Shown piece by piece: positions 33,998-47,900 of a stretch of 64,000 nt of DNA. Each line of letters begins with the position of its first letter. The first letter of the stretch is position 1. Position numbers and translations under genes: made by a program. The notes under the pieces are model-generated. The model made no database searches. It saw only the letters and a list, made by a program, of their open reading frames with translations, and was not told the origin of the DNA. This DNA is from Octopus sinensis (Eukaryota): assembly GCF_006345805.1 (NCBI RefSeq), contig NC_043002.1:68882001-68946000 (forward strand). The letters are read 5' to 3'.

Positions 33998-35179
33998 GTA
34001 AGCAAATCCATAAATTTATATAGATTTTATAATTTTAACCTCAGTTGCAGACATTCTTATTGTTTCTATGCGAACATCAGACAAATAGATCGAATGTTTT
34101 GGCATGAAGATCTGTCTGTTATGTATGATTTATTAGCTCATGAAATGTGAATACCGATTTACACTGCAGTTTAATCGTTCCAACTATTGTTTCTTTGAAA
34201 TTATGTCTCAATCAATGTATGAAACCGTTATGAGAAACTGTCGAACCCGCTATTGTATTGAAACGTAGATTACATTTATCTATCACTCCAACAAGTGTTC
34301 TAATACCACACGATCATGTAATATTGAAAGCTATTTTGTTTTACTTCGTTTGTTAGCTACAATTGCATTTGAAATGCTTTAGATTGCTACGATTTATTTA
34401 GAGATATATTTGTGTGCTTTTATTGATATGATTATACATACACACATGCAATACATCATACAATATATACATTCATCTAAGAATCCGGACATACATTCAT
34501 ATATATGTGTGTGTATTTACATATATTGCATATATATCTGGATATATTTATGTGCATATATCCTGCTATGTTTGTGTGTGTGCATACGCGTGCGCACATA
34601 CTTATACACCTTGCACTATATATTATTCATTAGTACAATTGTATTTGCTTCCTTAGACTGATCGTTTTAAATTTAAATTATCGATGTGATTTGGATCACA
34701 CGACTGATGTCGAATGGGGGAAAAAAAAATCTCCCTGCATTTCTGATAAACATATGCAGATAGATACCTGCTCTCGTATGAAGGTATTGGCGAAATCTTT
34801 TCCACAGCCCAAATCTCTGTCATTATTATGAGTGTCTTGCAATTGTCAAAAGTCAGATTGTTTGAATTGAGAAATATAAACAGGTGTCATATATATATAT
34901 ATATTAAATAAGAAATAACTAATAAACATTTCGATATGCATCATTCTTTTTTTTTTCTGCACGATAAAGATGTCTAGTCTTGCAGTGTCTAATGTATTTA
35001 ATTTGATGGTGCCGAACACTTTACTGATATATATTATTTCTCTTTTGTAATTTGCTCGTAAGCATAACCATATTGGACTGATGACCCAGTAGCTGAGATA
35101 AAATTACGTCGACACGTGAACTAGGACAGTGTGTAATAATTCTTCTCCAGATTCTTTTGCTTTCTCTGGATATGTGTGT

Positions 35180-35180
35180 A

Positions 35181-35225
<45 letters not shown>

Positions 35226-35270
35226 TATATATACTTACATACATACCCATACATATATATATATATACAA
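35180..35270. repeat. (TG)n/(TA)n microsatellite
   Basis: Direct reading. Similar tracts at about 12780-12815, 13956-14006, 14413-14474, 16752-16781, 18990-19076, 32135-32192 and 35863-35920. Confidence 0.95.
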
Positions 35271-35882
35271 ACACAATGGTGTGTATAATTAAGTGATTGA
35301 CAAGTTATTAACAATCTTGTCATCAAAGTATTTTAGAATCTTGATCAGTAAAAATTTATCGACTATTAATTTATTTTTTTATTACAAGATGTTCTCAGGG
35401 GAAGTGACATGTAATCTTGATAAGAGTACATTCCTAGATATAAATCGTATCGATTTATAATGAAAACTTTCGTTCTAAACTTGGATAGCCCATCACGATT
35501 AGATTAGAGTAGACGTTTAGAATAATAACATTAATTGGATCTTAATGAATGCTTGTAGCAGTTAAGAATAGTTTTTAGTTTTTATTGATTGAACTATCGA
35601 TAAATGACCCTTGTAAATGCAACATGGTACTTTGAAATTCTCGTAGATGCCAGACGTTATATGCTCTTCAAGAAGCTTCTTGATGTTGTAGTATTTATTA
35701 CATTGTAAGCTTCAAGTATTCGCTACATTTATAAATTATCAGGTTGTCTCAATTGACTAATCAAGCAGAAATCGATCATCCATTCACTACTCATAATGAA
35801 CGTTACATTTTGTAATGTATTGATTGTATTCTACTCATAGAGAAATGATAGAAAAATAGCCATGTATCTATCTATCTATCTA

Positions 35883-35924
<42 letters not shown>

Positions 35925-38900
35925 CTAGATGGTAAATGAGAAGGAATTTTGTTCGTCTATAATACCATGTTTTCTGATGGCGCGGTATCGTATTACTTGT
36001 GTTACTGACGAATTGGTGGAGTGTTGATTTATTAATGTACAAAATCTGTTAAAGATGGGGGTAGTTTTTCACTGTGTTAATATAGGAAGTTTCAGTTGGG
36101 TTCTGTTCTATATTTCCAGTAAGATGTAATATTGTTCCTTCTGAAGCTATGCCAAAGTGGGGGCTGCTCAGCTGAGCGAACCTCTCTCTTTCCTTTTAGC
36201 TTGTCCTGCTTTGGTAATAAGGGAGGGCGAGGGGGGATTAAGCACTCGCTTAATGTCCAACATGGCGACACTTTCAAATAGCAACTGAGCTAAGACAGTG
36301 CGTGAGATCAGTAGCGAGAACATCGTTCCTGCCTCCTCCGCCGTTAGCTCCCTCACAGTTGCCAGCCAATGTGAATTAATAACTGCAGCCGTAGTACATA
36401 CAACAGCAGCTAGTTCTAGGACACTACTAGTACACCTGCTTCGTTTCATTCTACTAAGCAGTCGCTAAGAACTGTCGTGTATTTACATGAGTTCTCTCTA
36501 AATATCTTTTATAGCATGCCATCCTGTACCTATCCGCTTTACCTGAAACTCTGTTAACTGCTTGTTTTATTAATTATTATTATTAATATTTTACTTATTC
36601 TGCTGACATGCATTTTTTTTTTTTTGTATTCAAACATAAAGTTCATTTCCTTTGGATGTTGCTTTACAATCAACTAATGTTCCTGAAAAAGCTAATCCAT
36701 TGAAATATTTCGTTGTATAATATAACCGAATAATTTTGAGCAATTTTCGAATGAAATTCAAGTCACATGTTCTTTTACACTGCACAATTAGCCTTTTATT
36801 TTTGTCCCACTAGTAGTACTACTACTCCAGTTTGGAACTACTTCAACATATTTCTCTTTTAGACCTTTAGGCATTTAAGGAAAATATTTAACCGCACCAA
36901 ACTGACCCGACCATATCTTCTTTTACAACACGAGACTTTGATATGATTATAATAATATATGCAATATTGGGGTCTGTGTGAACTTTATGCAGTTTTTAAA
37001 GAAATTATTTACCTTTTATGTCAGACAAGTTTCTAGTTAAATAAAATAAGAAATAAGGGTATTTAGAAAATGGTGATTATTTCATTATGTTTCACTCTGT
37101 ACTTACTATTGTCTTACATTAGATTGTCTTTCTAAGTTATTTAGAATGCTGTACTTTTCAAAGCAGCTTTTGTTTATCATATGACCTTGAAAACTTTATC
37201 AATTGAGCTTTACTAAATGTCCAAAATAGTTTATATAGAAATTATTTTAACTTTCTTAATGAAATGATTTGAAGATTTGAAAACTCAGCTGAGAATTAAG
37301 AAGGCCATTATTAATAGTATCAATATGACCTAGTCTCTTCAATTAGATTGATAAATAGTTTATACATTCACTTGGAGAAGCTAACAAAATCCGAATTCTA
37401 TTTATGAGGATGTCTTCTGCTAAGGTACATAAAAGCACATTAAATGATGAATTTGCAAGAAGATAGTTGTAGCAGCTATCTTGAATGTGAAATCCCCAGT
37501 GGTTATTTCAGAATATTTTACTCCATTAATAGCCGAGGGATGAAATGGAGTAAATGTTTTCATTAATTACAGGCTAGGCAATATCATCTTTTATCAATAC
37601 CGTTAAACAAACTCATGGGAAAGCTATGCAAAATAATCTTGAAATAACCCTAGCAATGAGGAATTGCATAATTTAGAAACTTAACATCTCCTTGGGGGCT
37701 TGTATAACACAGAAATTTTGCATACTTAAACAGAACACTTGGTCATTTCATTTATTGAATTAACACATTTTACACTAATAACAAAATTTGTGGGGTTTTA
37801 AGCATAAGTAATCAGTCATCAAATGTTATCAACATCTAAAAGTGTAGTATGAGATAGAAGCTCCAAAATTGGGCTAATTCTAAGAAAGATAATCTGTAAT
37901 TATTAAAAAAAGTTACTTTTGGTATATACATGAAGACTATTGATAATGAATTTTATGGTCAAAGTAGCTGTTGGAGGTATTGTCAAAGATATCACATTTG
38001 TATAGTTGTTGGTTGGATATTTATATGTAATTAGTTGTCATATATTTGATAGAGAAACCCTAGTTTGCATTTTGTACTGATTATCGGAATTTACCAAGAC
38101 AATTTGACACAATCATTTCTTGTTGGGTATTTTACAGCCAATTTTTCATTGATGTTTCTTGAATGAAGAACTAACTTGTCTATTGCTAATCATTGAACTG
38201 TAAAGTGGGAGTGGCAGTTATTTTCAGCTAGAGAGATTAAATTTAACAGATTAACATGTATTGCATAAGAGCACAATACAACAGCTGTTTCAGCACATGT
38301 TTCTTGATTTGTGGTTATAGTGGCCCATTAATAAATGTTAGATCTCTTGTTATGTCTTGTACCACCACACAAGCCATTGCATGTAATTATTTTAGCAGGA
38401 AACCACCTCTCCCAATGCAGGTAGTTTATGTACTTACTATTAACTACATGAAATACTGTAACCCCCAGGTTATCAAATGTAAATATTTGAATTAATTATG
38501 ATTGTTCCACTTCAACAGCGTTAATTTACTACTATTAATTCTTTACAATATATAAGCAAAAATGTTATAGATTAGTTACTTGAAGTTGGAATTTTCTAAA
38601 ATAAAACATTCCCACATTGTTATGGGAGTTACTGTAATAGATTGGTAAATAAAGGGAGAAATAACAGAGGAAATCTGAGGCATTTCAAAGGTCATAAGTC
38701 TTTCTTTCTCATGGGTGGAACAGATAAAAGCAGTGTTTAGATTTATGTAAAACATTTTCAGAAATTATTTTGTTTCTTTTATAACAAGCTTTGATGTACT
38801 GTATCTTGTCTAGCCCCAGTAAAAGTTGTTAAACAAGCTTCATTTGTTTTTCTATTTTCAGCAGTTCCTTTTATATATATATCTAATTTCTAATATTTGT

Positions 38901-41900
38901 TTAATCTGTCTGAATTTACAAACTGAAAATACTAAATGTCTAATTAACCATGGTTTGTAATTATATATAAAAAGTAATAAAGGAAATCTTAAATAATTTT
39001 TTTGCTTTATTAATTTTGAATCCACTAATGTATATAGTAGTTGCAGTTGTTTAGACTAAAAGTAAAAGGGGAAATGGGAGTATGATAGAGTATCTGATAA
39101 TGAATTGATGAATGGAGGGAACTGGAAAACATTTCCAATCATGATAAGATTGATTGCGATTGTTAAGCGCTAAACAACTAGTCCATGTTTTAATACTCTG
39201 TTAGTCGCTTATAACCTGACCTGCCACTCTTCTGATATCTTGTGTACTTTTAACACAACTGTGCAATTTAGTCTCCTCCTCCCTTTTATGATATTTTAAT
39301 GTTAATCTTGGGAGGAAATAGCTTGTAGATGATGAAAGCATTCTTGAAATGGAAAAGCGAACAATTGAGCTTGTAAATTATTAATATTTTCTATGGGCTG
39401 AAATTGGTGGGACTGTCACAGACCAGAGAAAAGCAACCTGGAAGTTTTATGAAATCTAATCAATACTTTATATTTTTGAATTCAAATCTTACTGTAGTTC
39501 TTTTCACATTTTAATTGCATTAGCTTGATAAAATAAAGCAAATAATATATAAGTTTAATCAGCTAACTATATTTCTTTTTTCTCTTTTGAAACATTGAAG
39601 ATTAGTAATGTGACAGTTTACTGCAAAGCTAGTAGATCCAGTGTAGATAATAAGTGTGTAGAGATGTGATAAAGCTGGTAAATTTGGAATGGCAGATTAA
39701 TTATGATACTGAGAGATGAAATGAAACAAACACAGTTGGATGTTGAGTACTGAAAGTAAATGGTCAAAGATTGTTTACCAACAAACTATATAGCATTTAT
39801 CAGAAAGTTGTACAGAATTCTGGTTATTAAATAAATGTGCATTCTAGAAATTCTATGGATAAGCTGTAGTTTGTTCTTTCATAGAGGTGTATTTTGACCT
39901 TGGAAATGAACCCTTGATACATTTTTTTCAGCTATGTTCAGAAAGTTTTTCTGGAAAGGTCACTTGAGAAGGTCTTTACATTTGCAAAGAGTAAAGAATT
40001 ATTTGTGATATGTAGAAGAGTGATGAAACCATTTTTTTCTGTTTTTCTTGAGATGAACGTGTATGTTGCTTTTCATGCTGTCTGATTTGAAAAAGTGTGT
40101 TTACAAAGGTTGTAGATGACATTCAAGAATTATAAGGTTAATAGCATGTAGAACTTGTGTTTGGAAATAAGGAAAATATGGTAAAATAAAATTAGGTTTT
40201 GATGAGGACTTAAAATTAAATAAATTGTTTGGCATACATAGAAAAAACTCTTATCTAATCAAGTCACTGTCCATGACTGAACATTAAAAACTGCATTGAC
40301 ACAGATGAAATTTGCTACATACGGTCGAATTTTTTATCCATGTAGTTTTAAAGAAGAAAGAGAAAATCCCCAAACATTTCAGAGTAGTGTCACTTGAATT
40401 GCAAGTTGGCATTTTGTAGTCAGGGTGAGGGTAGATGAATAGCATGTGAGAATTGTGTTAGTCATGGTGACAACAAAGTGAGAGTTATCAACAGGTTCAG
40501 TGAAAAATTTGGCATGCAGTAATGTGTTAATCGAAGTTTAACTCACAACTACCTCCTGTTTACTACAACAGAGGAGTTTCAGGTTGGTTCTTCATGGGAA
40601 CTCCTGCAATCCAATGACTTAGTTCTCATAAGGGAATCAGTTGAAGAATTACAGGAAAAGTTCCAAATGCAAAAGCAGTATGTAGAATTGAGAAACTGAT
40701 AGACAATAAAGACAGCAGTCTTAGCAGGGAAGAAAACAATACTACTACTACTATTTAGGAAATGGTTATACTTGATATGCAGGAAGAGAATAGGTAGGAA
40801 CACTACAATGGATACACAAAATGTGCACTGGTATAACAGACACTGTCCAACAAGATGGATTTCCTACATAAGTGAACAGGAATAAGCAGTTGGTACAATC
40901 AAGTTGATAAGGAGGTCCATTTGTAGTAGATGATAACTTTGGTAGCCTAATTGGCAGTGGATGTTCTGAAAGCTAGTAAACTAGTGTAAAGACTATGTTT
41001 AAAAAAGGTTAGGAAACAAAGGGATTCTCTCTTGGACTGAAAGACAAATTTATATGATGTTTGTGTATAACGTGTGATATAACATGGCAGCAACACATTG
41101 GCTTTGAGTATAGGTGATATGTGAAGGCTGGGAAGAAATAAGACATTCACTGAATATTTAATGTCAGTTTGCATGAGTGACTAGGCATAATGTGTGGTGA
41201 GAAAATGAGAAAAAACAAATCATTAGAGTTATCAGCCATAGGGTATAGGAGAGAAAGCTGCATTAGTTTTGATATATGATGCATATGAAGAATGATGGTT
41301 TGATAAAAAAAAGGTGTCAAATGGTGCAAGTAGAAGAAGCTTGTAGAAGTCAGAGATCAAAATGGTTAGGCCTGATCATATCAGGTAGTGGTCTTCACAA
41401 GAGAGGTGACTAAGAACCATAGTAAGTGATATGCAAATAATGGGTTTACATAGGTTTCCAGCATGACGTTATTAAATGAAGGACCAAATATATTTGTCCA
41501 ACCAATACAAGCATAGAAATACTGACAAAAAATATGTTGCTGATAGGAAAAAAAAAACATCAACAAAACAACTAAAGTATCTCGCTCATTAGACATAGTA
41601 GGTATAATTATCTCTGATAGCTTCGCATGAAGGCCCATTCTTCATCTTTTAATCTGTAAAAATTTTAATTTAGTACCAGTCTCAATAACCTGACTATTTA
41701 TCATTTTCAAATTTCCTCATCACAACTCTCTTGTTTCAGGCATTTTTTTTTCATTTTCATTATTATTTATTGGAAGTAAATATCGAGCTCTCTCAGATTG
41801 AGATAGTTGATGTTTAGATTAAAGCTTTCTAGGTTTAGAACATTTGTGTGTGTAATAGCAGTTCTATCTCAGACATGTGACTAATACATACTGACTGTAT

Positions 41901-44900
41901 GTGAGCTTTGTAGAGGATCTGCAAAGGATCAAGGCTGAAATATTTTCAGGTTCTGAAGAAACTTAAGATTTTTGAAAAAAAAAAACAGTTTGGTTCTCTC
42001 ATTAAAGTAGCATTTGTAATTTTTTGAAGATTTTAGCTATATGCTTCTAATGCATTGAAGGATGTTTCCTTTCTCATCATTATCATCATTTAACATCCAT
42101 ATTCCATACTACTATGGGTTGGACAGTTTGACAGGATCTGATGGGGTCCAAGGACTGAATCATACCCCATTATCTGCTTTGGCATGGTTTCTTAAGCTGG
42201 ATGCCCTTCCAAATGCCTTTATGTGTGTGGCAAACTGTATTTTGATACTGCAAAGGAGATAAGATTGTCATATTTTGGAGACATTGCAAGACTGGAAGTT
42301 GCTTGTGGAAGATGTCCATATACAGAAAGGTTGAACAATGAAAGGACAACAACATTGCTTACACTGAACTTCTCAAAATCAAGGGATTTCTGGTATATGA
42401 CTATTTTCATAATTTATTTTATGTCAGTTTGTTTTTCCATCTTGCATGGGATGGATGAATACTTATTCATGAGGCATTATTTTACTGCTGGATGCCCATT
42501 CTATCACTAACTCTTAACTGCTTTTCAGGTGAGAGATTTTTCATTCCACTTGTCATCAAAAACACAGTACTACAGGATGACTTATTAAATGCAATGTCAT
42601 CATAACCTTTTGTTGCTCAGTTTCATGCAAAGACACAGGATGTAAAATTCACACATACGCATAATGTTTTTTCTAATCCATACCAGCATAGAAAAATAGA
42701 CACAAAGTGAACAAATGATTATATTATTGGTTTCCGTACAGTTTTTATCTTCCAATTTCATACACAAGGCATTGATCAGTTTTAGGCTACAGTAAAAGAC
42801 TCTTGCCAAGGTGCTAGGCAGTGCAATCGAAACTGTAACCAAATGATTGCAAAGCAGAGGGTGATAGAGGAGTTTCCTTTTTTGAGAATGGACATTCTCA
42901 TATGTCTTTATAGATTGGAATAGATTTTTGTCGAGATGAATTAAAGCATTTGGTAAGGATATCTTCGGAGCACACTATTTAAGGATAATGGGAGGAACAA
43001 TGTCAAGTTTGGCCAGCTTCTTGGGTTGGTGTGGTTGAAGAAGGTTGCAGTTTTGTAGAGGGGGAATGAGAAAGGTAAAGGGAAGGAAGAGGAATTTTGT
43101 TGGGTATGGTGGCTTTAATCTTTGTTAAAGAGTGGTAGGTAAAAGGATTCTAAGACATCAGTTTTTAACTAACAGCTAAGGGTTTTTAAAATTTCAGCAC
43201 TAAAAACAATAGATCCTTTCAATCTATATTTATTATATTTTTGAAGATTTCAATAACCATGTCTTCAGCCTTTCTCTTCTACAACTTCTTTACACTTGGA
43301 TCTTCTTTACGTGATTATCATCATCCATAAACATTTTGTGTCTGTACAATTTCCTCACTTGTACCCTATGTCTGATTTCTTTTCATACCCAGCTCATTTG
43401 TACTTTGTCATTTATGCACACTAACATTATACATCCAGCAGAGCATGCTCTCTTCATTTCTTTCCAGTCTTTGCACATCTTTTGTATTTTAGTGACTATG
43501 TTCTGCTTCCATGCAACATCTCACTATATATTTAAGTATAATACAATTTACCCTTTACTTAGAGAGAGAATCCCTTTGTTGCTAGCAGACATAACAACTC
43601 CCTAAACTTTGAGTAAAGGCTAAATTGTATTGTGCTTGTGTATGAAGTAACATGTTGCAGAGTAGCAAAACAGCTAGAAAGGAAAGAAGTGAGCATGTTT
43701 TAGGAATTAAATGTAGTGTGTAAGGAATATGGGTTTACTTTGAGGCCTCTTAATTCTAGGTTTTGCTTTCTAGTTTGGAATTTTTTCTCTGTCTTTGATA
43801 TATTCAGCTATAAGAACTACACCATAGAATTACAAGAGTTTCTACGGGCAACTAGTCTTCAGTTATGGCTTGGAGAATTATAGTAAACAGAAGTGGTTTG
43901 AGATTCCTCTTATTGCAAATTCTAACCTTGCTGACAACATCTCTGTAAATGGTTTCTACCATTCTCACAAGCCATTCATAAACACCTAGTTTTGTTGAGA
44001 TCACTGACTATAGAGCATGGCACTTTGTCAAAAGCCTTCTTCCAACCAATGAATGCCAGAGTAGCTTACTCCTCATTAAAGACTTGTAGTTGTCTTACTA
44101 GAAAGGAGTATCAATGATAGCCTGATCTGGTTCAGAGCCAAATTGCATCCCATCTAAGCCAATCCTTATCCCAGTTAGTTTATGCTGAAACTCTTACTAT
44201 TATTTTCATTACTTTATTCATCAGTGTGCTACCTCTGTAAGTATCCTTCTAAAGCACCTCTCTTGGTTTTTTAACTGTTGATGATGATACTTCTATACCA
44301 GTCATTGTTTGTGACACCTTCCTGTACTACCTTGGTAACTATGCAACTCACTAGCTTAAACTCTATTTCACTGGACATTATCAGCTTTTTATTTTCATCA
44401 CTTTATTGACACTTTCAACCATGCACCAGTGAACTTTAATAACTGATTTCTTTGTTGGGTCTACTGAAGGCAATCCAGCTTTTTCTTCACATATTCTCTA
44501 CATCAAGCAATCTCATAATATTTCCAAGCCTCTTTTTAGTATTGATGAGATGAAGTGCACTGCTGTTATTATGAAAACACTTTTCTCCTGGACACTGGCG
44601 AAATGAGAGATGAACTTGGTATTAGCAGCACTTGAAGGTATTAAACTAGATAGTAAAAATTTCCAGCATAGCATTCTATTTCCTTGACTATCTCTACCCT
44701 ATAATATATAGATAATAATGATTAGAAATTATGGTATCTGATATCCATTTTGTTATTGTAAAGTGAAACAGTAAATTTGAGCAGTGAATGCTCAGTTATT
44801 TCAATTTTTAATTGATCATTTTTATAATGCTAACTTAACAGTCATCATTCTCATTATCATAACATTTATTTTTGTATTCTGGTATGAAGTAGTCTGATAT

Positions 44901-47900
44901 GCAATACAACATTTCTTTATGTTTTTTAATCACTTTATAAGATTAAGTATTACTCTCAGTTCTGATGGGACATTTCCAAAAGTCATATTTTTAATGGGAA
45001 CCTGCTACAAAATTTCCACTCAGCACGCATTTGCATTTGTCAATTACAGCATTGTCACATCTCTTGCATACATAGGACAATATCTTTGTTGTCTAGTTGC
45101 TTTTTCAACTTCTTTCTCAAAATTTTTAATTATTATAAATCTAGTAAATTATAATTATTTTCTTACACTCTAGATACTCTGGTATACTTCTATTTCCTTT
45201 CCACAATATCATAGGTTTTGCCTGTCTCAAAGATCCTTACAAAGACTTTCTGAACTTCATTGATATCTTTGTGCTTAAGACATTATGCCATCACTAGCTC
45301 CTCTGTAAGCTTTGTGTTATTTAGGTAGTTATATAAATCATTTTTTTTCCAGCTAGCTATTTCATTCATGTTCTTAACTGCCTGCTCCTGCATTAACTAT
45401 GATGTATCGAGTTTGTATCTACTACCTTCTTGCATTTAAAATATAACTTATTCTTTTATGCTGTATAGTTAATAACCTTTCTATTAACAAAAAACTTTTA
45501 ATCTTAGATTTTTTTCATCTTTAGGCTTTTAACAATCCTAAATAGGTATTTGGATATTTTTCTTAGTTCTTTATGTATTCTGTATTAAAAGCTGGTTCTT
45601 CTACGTGCTGAAGGTCTTTATAGGATCCAACCTTGTACTACTTTGTAATAGATTTTTGATATTAGAATGGAGATCAGAGCTGAATTTTAACTTAGTGGAC
45701 ACTCACTGATTCACTGCTGATTCTGCCTTTATTTTTAGGTTGTGGCTTGAACTATCTTTTAGCTGTCAGAGTGTAGAACAAACTTCTTTTTGGCTAATTT
45801 GAAATGCACATTTAGTTTTCCATTACGTCTTTAGATGTCTCTCTCTTTGCTGTTCCCTTTCCAAATTTGCTGCTTAATTTCTGTTGTTTTATTTAATGGA
45901 TTAGTTCATTATCATTTGGTCAATAGCACAAAATGTCAAATGTAAATTGTTAATATCTTGGAAATCAAATTTGTGAATTAATCCTGTTTGCTTGAATTTG
46001 CACTTGTACATTTAGGTCAAGTGTATTTGAAAATGTTTGGTAATTGTATCTAAATTCTTTGAATTTTAGATTTCTTATGAAGATTAAGTATTTTGAATTG
46101 TTTAGTGATTTAAATGACATCTATATTGTAGTGAAGTTGTGGTATTATATGTCACTTTTATCATTTAATCAAAATCACCATAACTGAATGGAGCTACTTG
46201 TTACATAAACTACTCATTGATGACCGAATTACTGTTAAGTGAGTATATACACGAGAGTAAAATTATATACTATTTTTTTCTTATTTTGATCTGTATGCAG
46301 TTGAATAAATTCTACATCAAGTTTATTTCCATTATGTGCTTCACATTGAGAGAAAAATAAGTGAGGAATGTTTCAAGAGTTGTACTAGATATTGGATACA
46401 TTTAGAGTAAAATCTCTGAATAGTTTTCAGTGTATGGAATGAAGTTGAGACAGGAACAAATGTAGATGAGGTTTGCTAACTAGTGAAAAGATCCATTATG
46501 CTGTACGTCTATCTTGGAGCAAGTTACATATTAACATCTAAGCCAACAATTTGAACTGTGAATGCTGAGAGAATTTGACAAGAGTTTATGACTGGATTTA
46601 TTTTCTGTGTCAATTTTATTAAGAAACCTCAGGGAATATATTTATTATGTTACCACATCTAAAAATAAGTAAATTTAGAGCTTTTGATACCATAAAAACC
46701 TATAAGTAGAATGTTGAGTTTTCTCATTTTGAAATTAATTTAAATTTTAAAAGTTTGAAGGTACATATGAATTGATAAATGAATTATGTGTAAAAAATAA
46801 TTGGCTGATACAAACAGGAAATAATGTTTCTTTTGACTTAAATAAATAGAATAAAAAGATATTATCAACTAGATGGTTAGAAGGTGTGGTTGGGTTAATT
46901 AAAATAATACTAGCATGATTATTAAATCGTAAAACTAGCAAAAGATAAAGATGTATCTAACTCGTATCTGTATAGAAAGTTGTAAACATAATGTCTATAA
47001 AAATTTGATAATATAATATACTGAACATTGTGAGGATATTAAAAGCAAATATTATAACTATTAAGCTAATACATATGTGTTCTTGAGCAGTAATTTTTTG
47101 TTTGTTTTTGTTTTTGTTTTTACATTACAATAAGAGTTTTAACACAGTGATTAGTAGTTGGATAGTAGCAGTCAGCTCGAATGAGCTGATCCAGTACTTA
47201 GAAGACAAGCTAAATCAGCTTCGGATATGATTTGAACACAAGGATATAGCTTCTTAGTAATTGTCCGCTAGAGTTATCTGCTATTGGGATTAGTTTGTTA
47301 TGAAATCAAAGAAAAAGATTTCTTGAATTGTCATATGGTCAAATAACATTTCTAAAATCACCTCTGGGAACATCTCTGTGATATAATCACAAAGGTTGCT
47401 GAGAATAATGCTTTGATCTGCTCTTTGATTAATTATATAAGATTTACAATACATTTTCACTATGATGGTTTGAGGGGATTTGTTTTCATTTGATCTATTT
47501 AAGTCCTTGTGATCATATTTTAGACAAGCTTTCCTATTTTAATAGGTCAGTGCTGATTATAAAATAACTGAAGTATATCTCTTAACCTAGTGTTGGATAT
47601 TTATTAAGGATTTATGTGATTGGTGTAATAATCACAATTAGTAGCTTACACTTGCCTCATTCTCTTTTTTTGTGTAGAATTAAATAAAGTTGAATAGAAT
47701 AAAATATTAACAGGACTGCTTAAGGTTTAAGATAAGACTTGTTCTCTTAGGCAAACAAATATGCCTTAAGAAGTTTCTGCTTAAAAGTGATGCACAAAAA
47801 TCAAAATTATGTGGTGTAATATAACATAAATTTCAGGTTCTTTGTCTAAAATAACTTACAACTTATAATAAACCATCATGTACATAGTGAATAGTGATCA

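Noticed and set aside
33998-34150. C-terminal 50 aa of the 247-aa ORF
   Set aside because: It follows a consensus phase-0 donor and loses similarity and coding-like composition; this is intron read-through.
39200-45500. Strand-biased purine- and pyrimidine-rich tracts suggestive of very old LINE remnants
   Set aside because: Only faint motif echoes; cannot assign family or boundaries without an HMM search.
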